From Candidatus Omnitrophota bacterium (GTDB taxonomy: Bacteria; Omnitrophota; Gorgyraeia; 2-01-FULL-45-10): a DNA stretch of 64,000 bases. Positions 63,129 through 64,000 of the stretch are shown here, piece by piece. The DNA is taken from positions 156,439-220,438 of the forward strand of contig JBAZKM010000003.1 of the NCBI GenBank assembly GCA_041650805.1, written 5' to 3'. The stretch's first letter is position 1. Each line of letters begins with the position of its first letter. Below the pieces are notes generated by a model. The model searched no databases, was not told the DNA's origin, and was given only the letters and a program-made list of their open reading frames with translations. A program made the translations under genes and the position numbers.

Positions 63129-63258
63129 GTAAATCCATCCGCCTTCGCCAAAGGAGATATTCAAAGCAGCTAAGCTTCGGCGGATGCCCGCCGAAGCAGA
63201 TCTTCTCTGAATAACAAAAGATGCGAAGGCGGGCAAATAGAAAGGGGACGTGGGCGTA

Positions 63259-64000
63259 ATGATCAAAGAGAATGACACAATGAATGATACAGAAGAGACG
63301 GATGAAACCAAGGAGGTGAGGACCGACGATTTTGCCCGGCTGTACGGCGAGAGCATAACCAATATCAAGGAGGGGCAGATAGTCAAGGGCAGGATAATCG
63401 CCATCACGCCTAAGGACGTCATAGTCGACATCGGGTACAAATCGGAAGGCGCGATCTCGCTATCGGAGTTCGGCGATCCGGACGCTATAAAGGTAGGAGA
63501 CGAGGTCGACGTATACCTGGAATCGAAAGAGGACGATAACGGCATGGTGGTCCTCTCGAAGCAGAAGGCCGAACGCGCGGTAGGATGGGAGATGGTGATA
63601 TCGCGCTACGGCGAGGGTGACCTGGTGGACGGCAAGGTGACCAGGGAGGTAAAGGGCGGGTTCATGGTCGACATCGGAGTAGAGGCCTTTTTGCCTGCCA
63701 GCCTGGCGGCTCTCAAGAGCTTCGGCAATACAAGGCAGTTGATAGGGCAGGCGTTCCAGTTCAAGATCGTGAAGATCAACAAACCCAGGAAGAATATAGT
63801 CGTTTCGCGTAAGGACGCTTTGCAGCAGCAGAGAGAAGAAGACAAGAAGAAGATGCTGGAGACGCTGCAGAAGGGTGCCGTCGTCAGCGGGATCGTGAGG
63901 AATATCACCGACTTCGGGGCCTTCGTGGACCTGGGGGCGGGGATGATCGGGCTCCTGCACATCACCGATATGAGCTGGGGCAGGGTGTCCCATCCCAGCG
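63259..64000 (+). CDS. rpsA: 30S ribosomal protein S1 (N-terminal part; continues past the window end).
   Basis: S1 domains (IKEGQIVKGRIIAITPKDVIVDIGYKSEGAISLSEF...; DLVDGKVTREVKGGFMVDIG...). This ORF is absent from the track because no stop occurs in the window. Confidence 0.88.
   Translation, partial: MIKENDTMNDTEETDETKEVRTDDFARLYGESITNIKEGQIVKGRIIAITPKDVIVDIGYKSEGAISLSEFGDPDAIKVGDEVDVYLESKEDDNGMVVLSKQKAERAVGWEMVISRYGEGDLVDGKVTREVKGGFMVDIGVEAFLPASLAALKSFGNTRQLIGQAFQFKIVKINKPRKNIVVSRKDALQQQREEDKKKMLETLQKGAVVSGIVRNITDFGAFVDLGAGMIGLLHITDMSWGRVSHPS

Overview
This 64-kb window comes from a GC-rich (about 55-58% GC) bacterial chromosome with dense, mostly plus-strand housekeeping operons. A partial 600-aa ORF, thpR, cinA and a small four-helix-bundle protein gene open the window; most of the rest is plus-strand. 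The operons, in order, are: recA-recX-alaS; a fused 14-gene his-trp biosynthetic operon (hisDBHAFI-trpEGDCFB-x-trpA); a sugar-nucleotide, ruvX, protease, rpe, pgm, lepA, lepB, pgsA, plsY block; rimP-nusA-infB-trpS-scpAB; an aromatic supraoperon (pheA-hisC-DAHP synthase-tyrA); then cmk-ispH and a partial rpsA. The exceptional feature is one uninterrupted 21,285-nt ORF (29171..50455) encoding a 7,094-aa protein. It has an N-terminal signal peptide, followed by motifs for several unrelated enzymes:
- a radical-SAM CxxxCxxC motif;
- a GNAT acetyltransferase;
- a class-I SAM methyltransferase;
- a degenerate Fic/Doc domain;
- a protein-kinase-like domain;
- an HD phosphohydrolase;
- a HExxH...EGxAEY zincin domain.
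It also carries about 35 tandem 31-residue repeats and an internal AT-rich module. These modules are separated by near-identical linker motifs that recur at both nucleotide and peptide level (for example TPGNLGPGAMNIDEPF, four copies), and by linkers encoded by heptanucleotide simple-sequence repeats. The 5'-truncated ORF at the window start ends in a C-terminal domain homologous to the giant's C-terminus, so a paralogous family exists. The genome is also riddled with tandem heptanucleotide repeats (AGCTNTC, CCCTATA, GTCCACG, GTCACCA, CTCCAAG, GGGTAAG). They form intergenic inverted arrays and, unusually, in-frame insertions inside essential genes (alaS, hisH, hisF, cinA, the ManC-like gene, the cmk and hisA/hisF termini). 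A multi-domain giant gene of this kind suggests an uncultivated small-genome lineage, but taxonomy cannot be established from sequence alone. No rRNA, tRNA or CRISPR was found.
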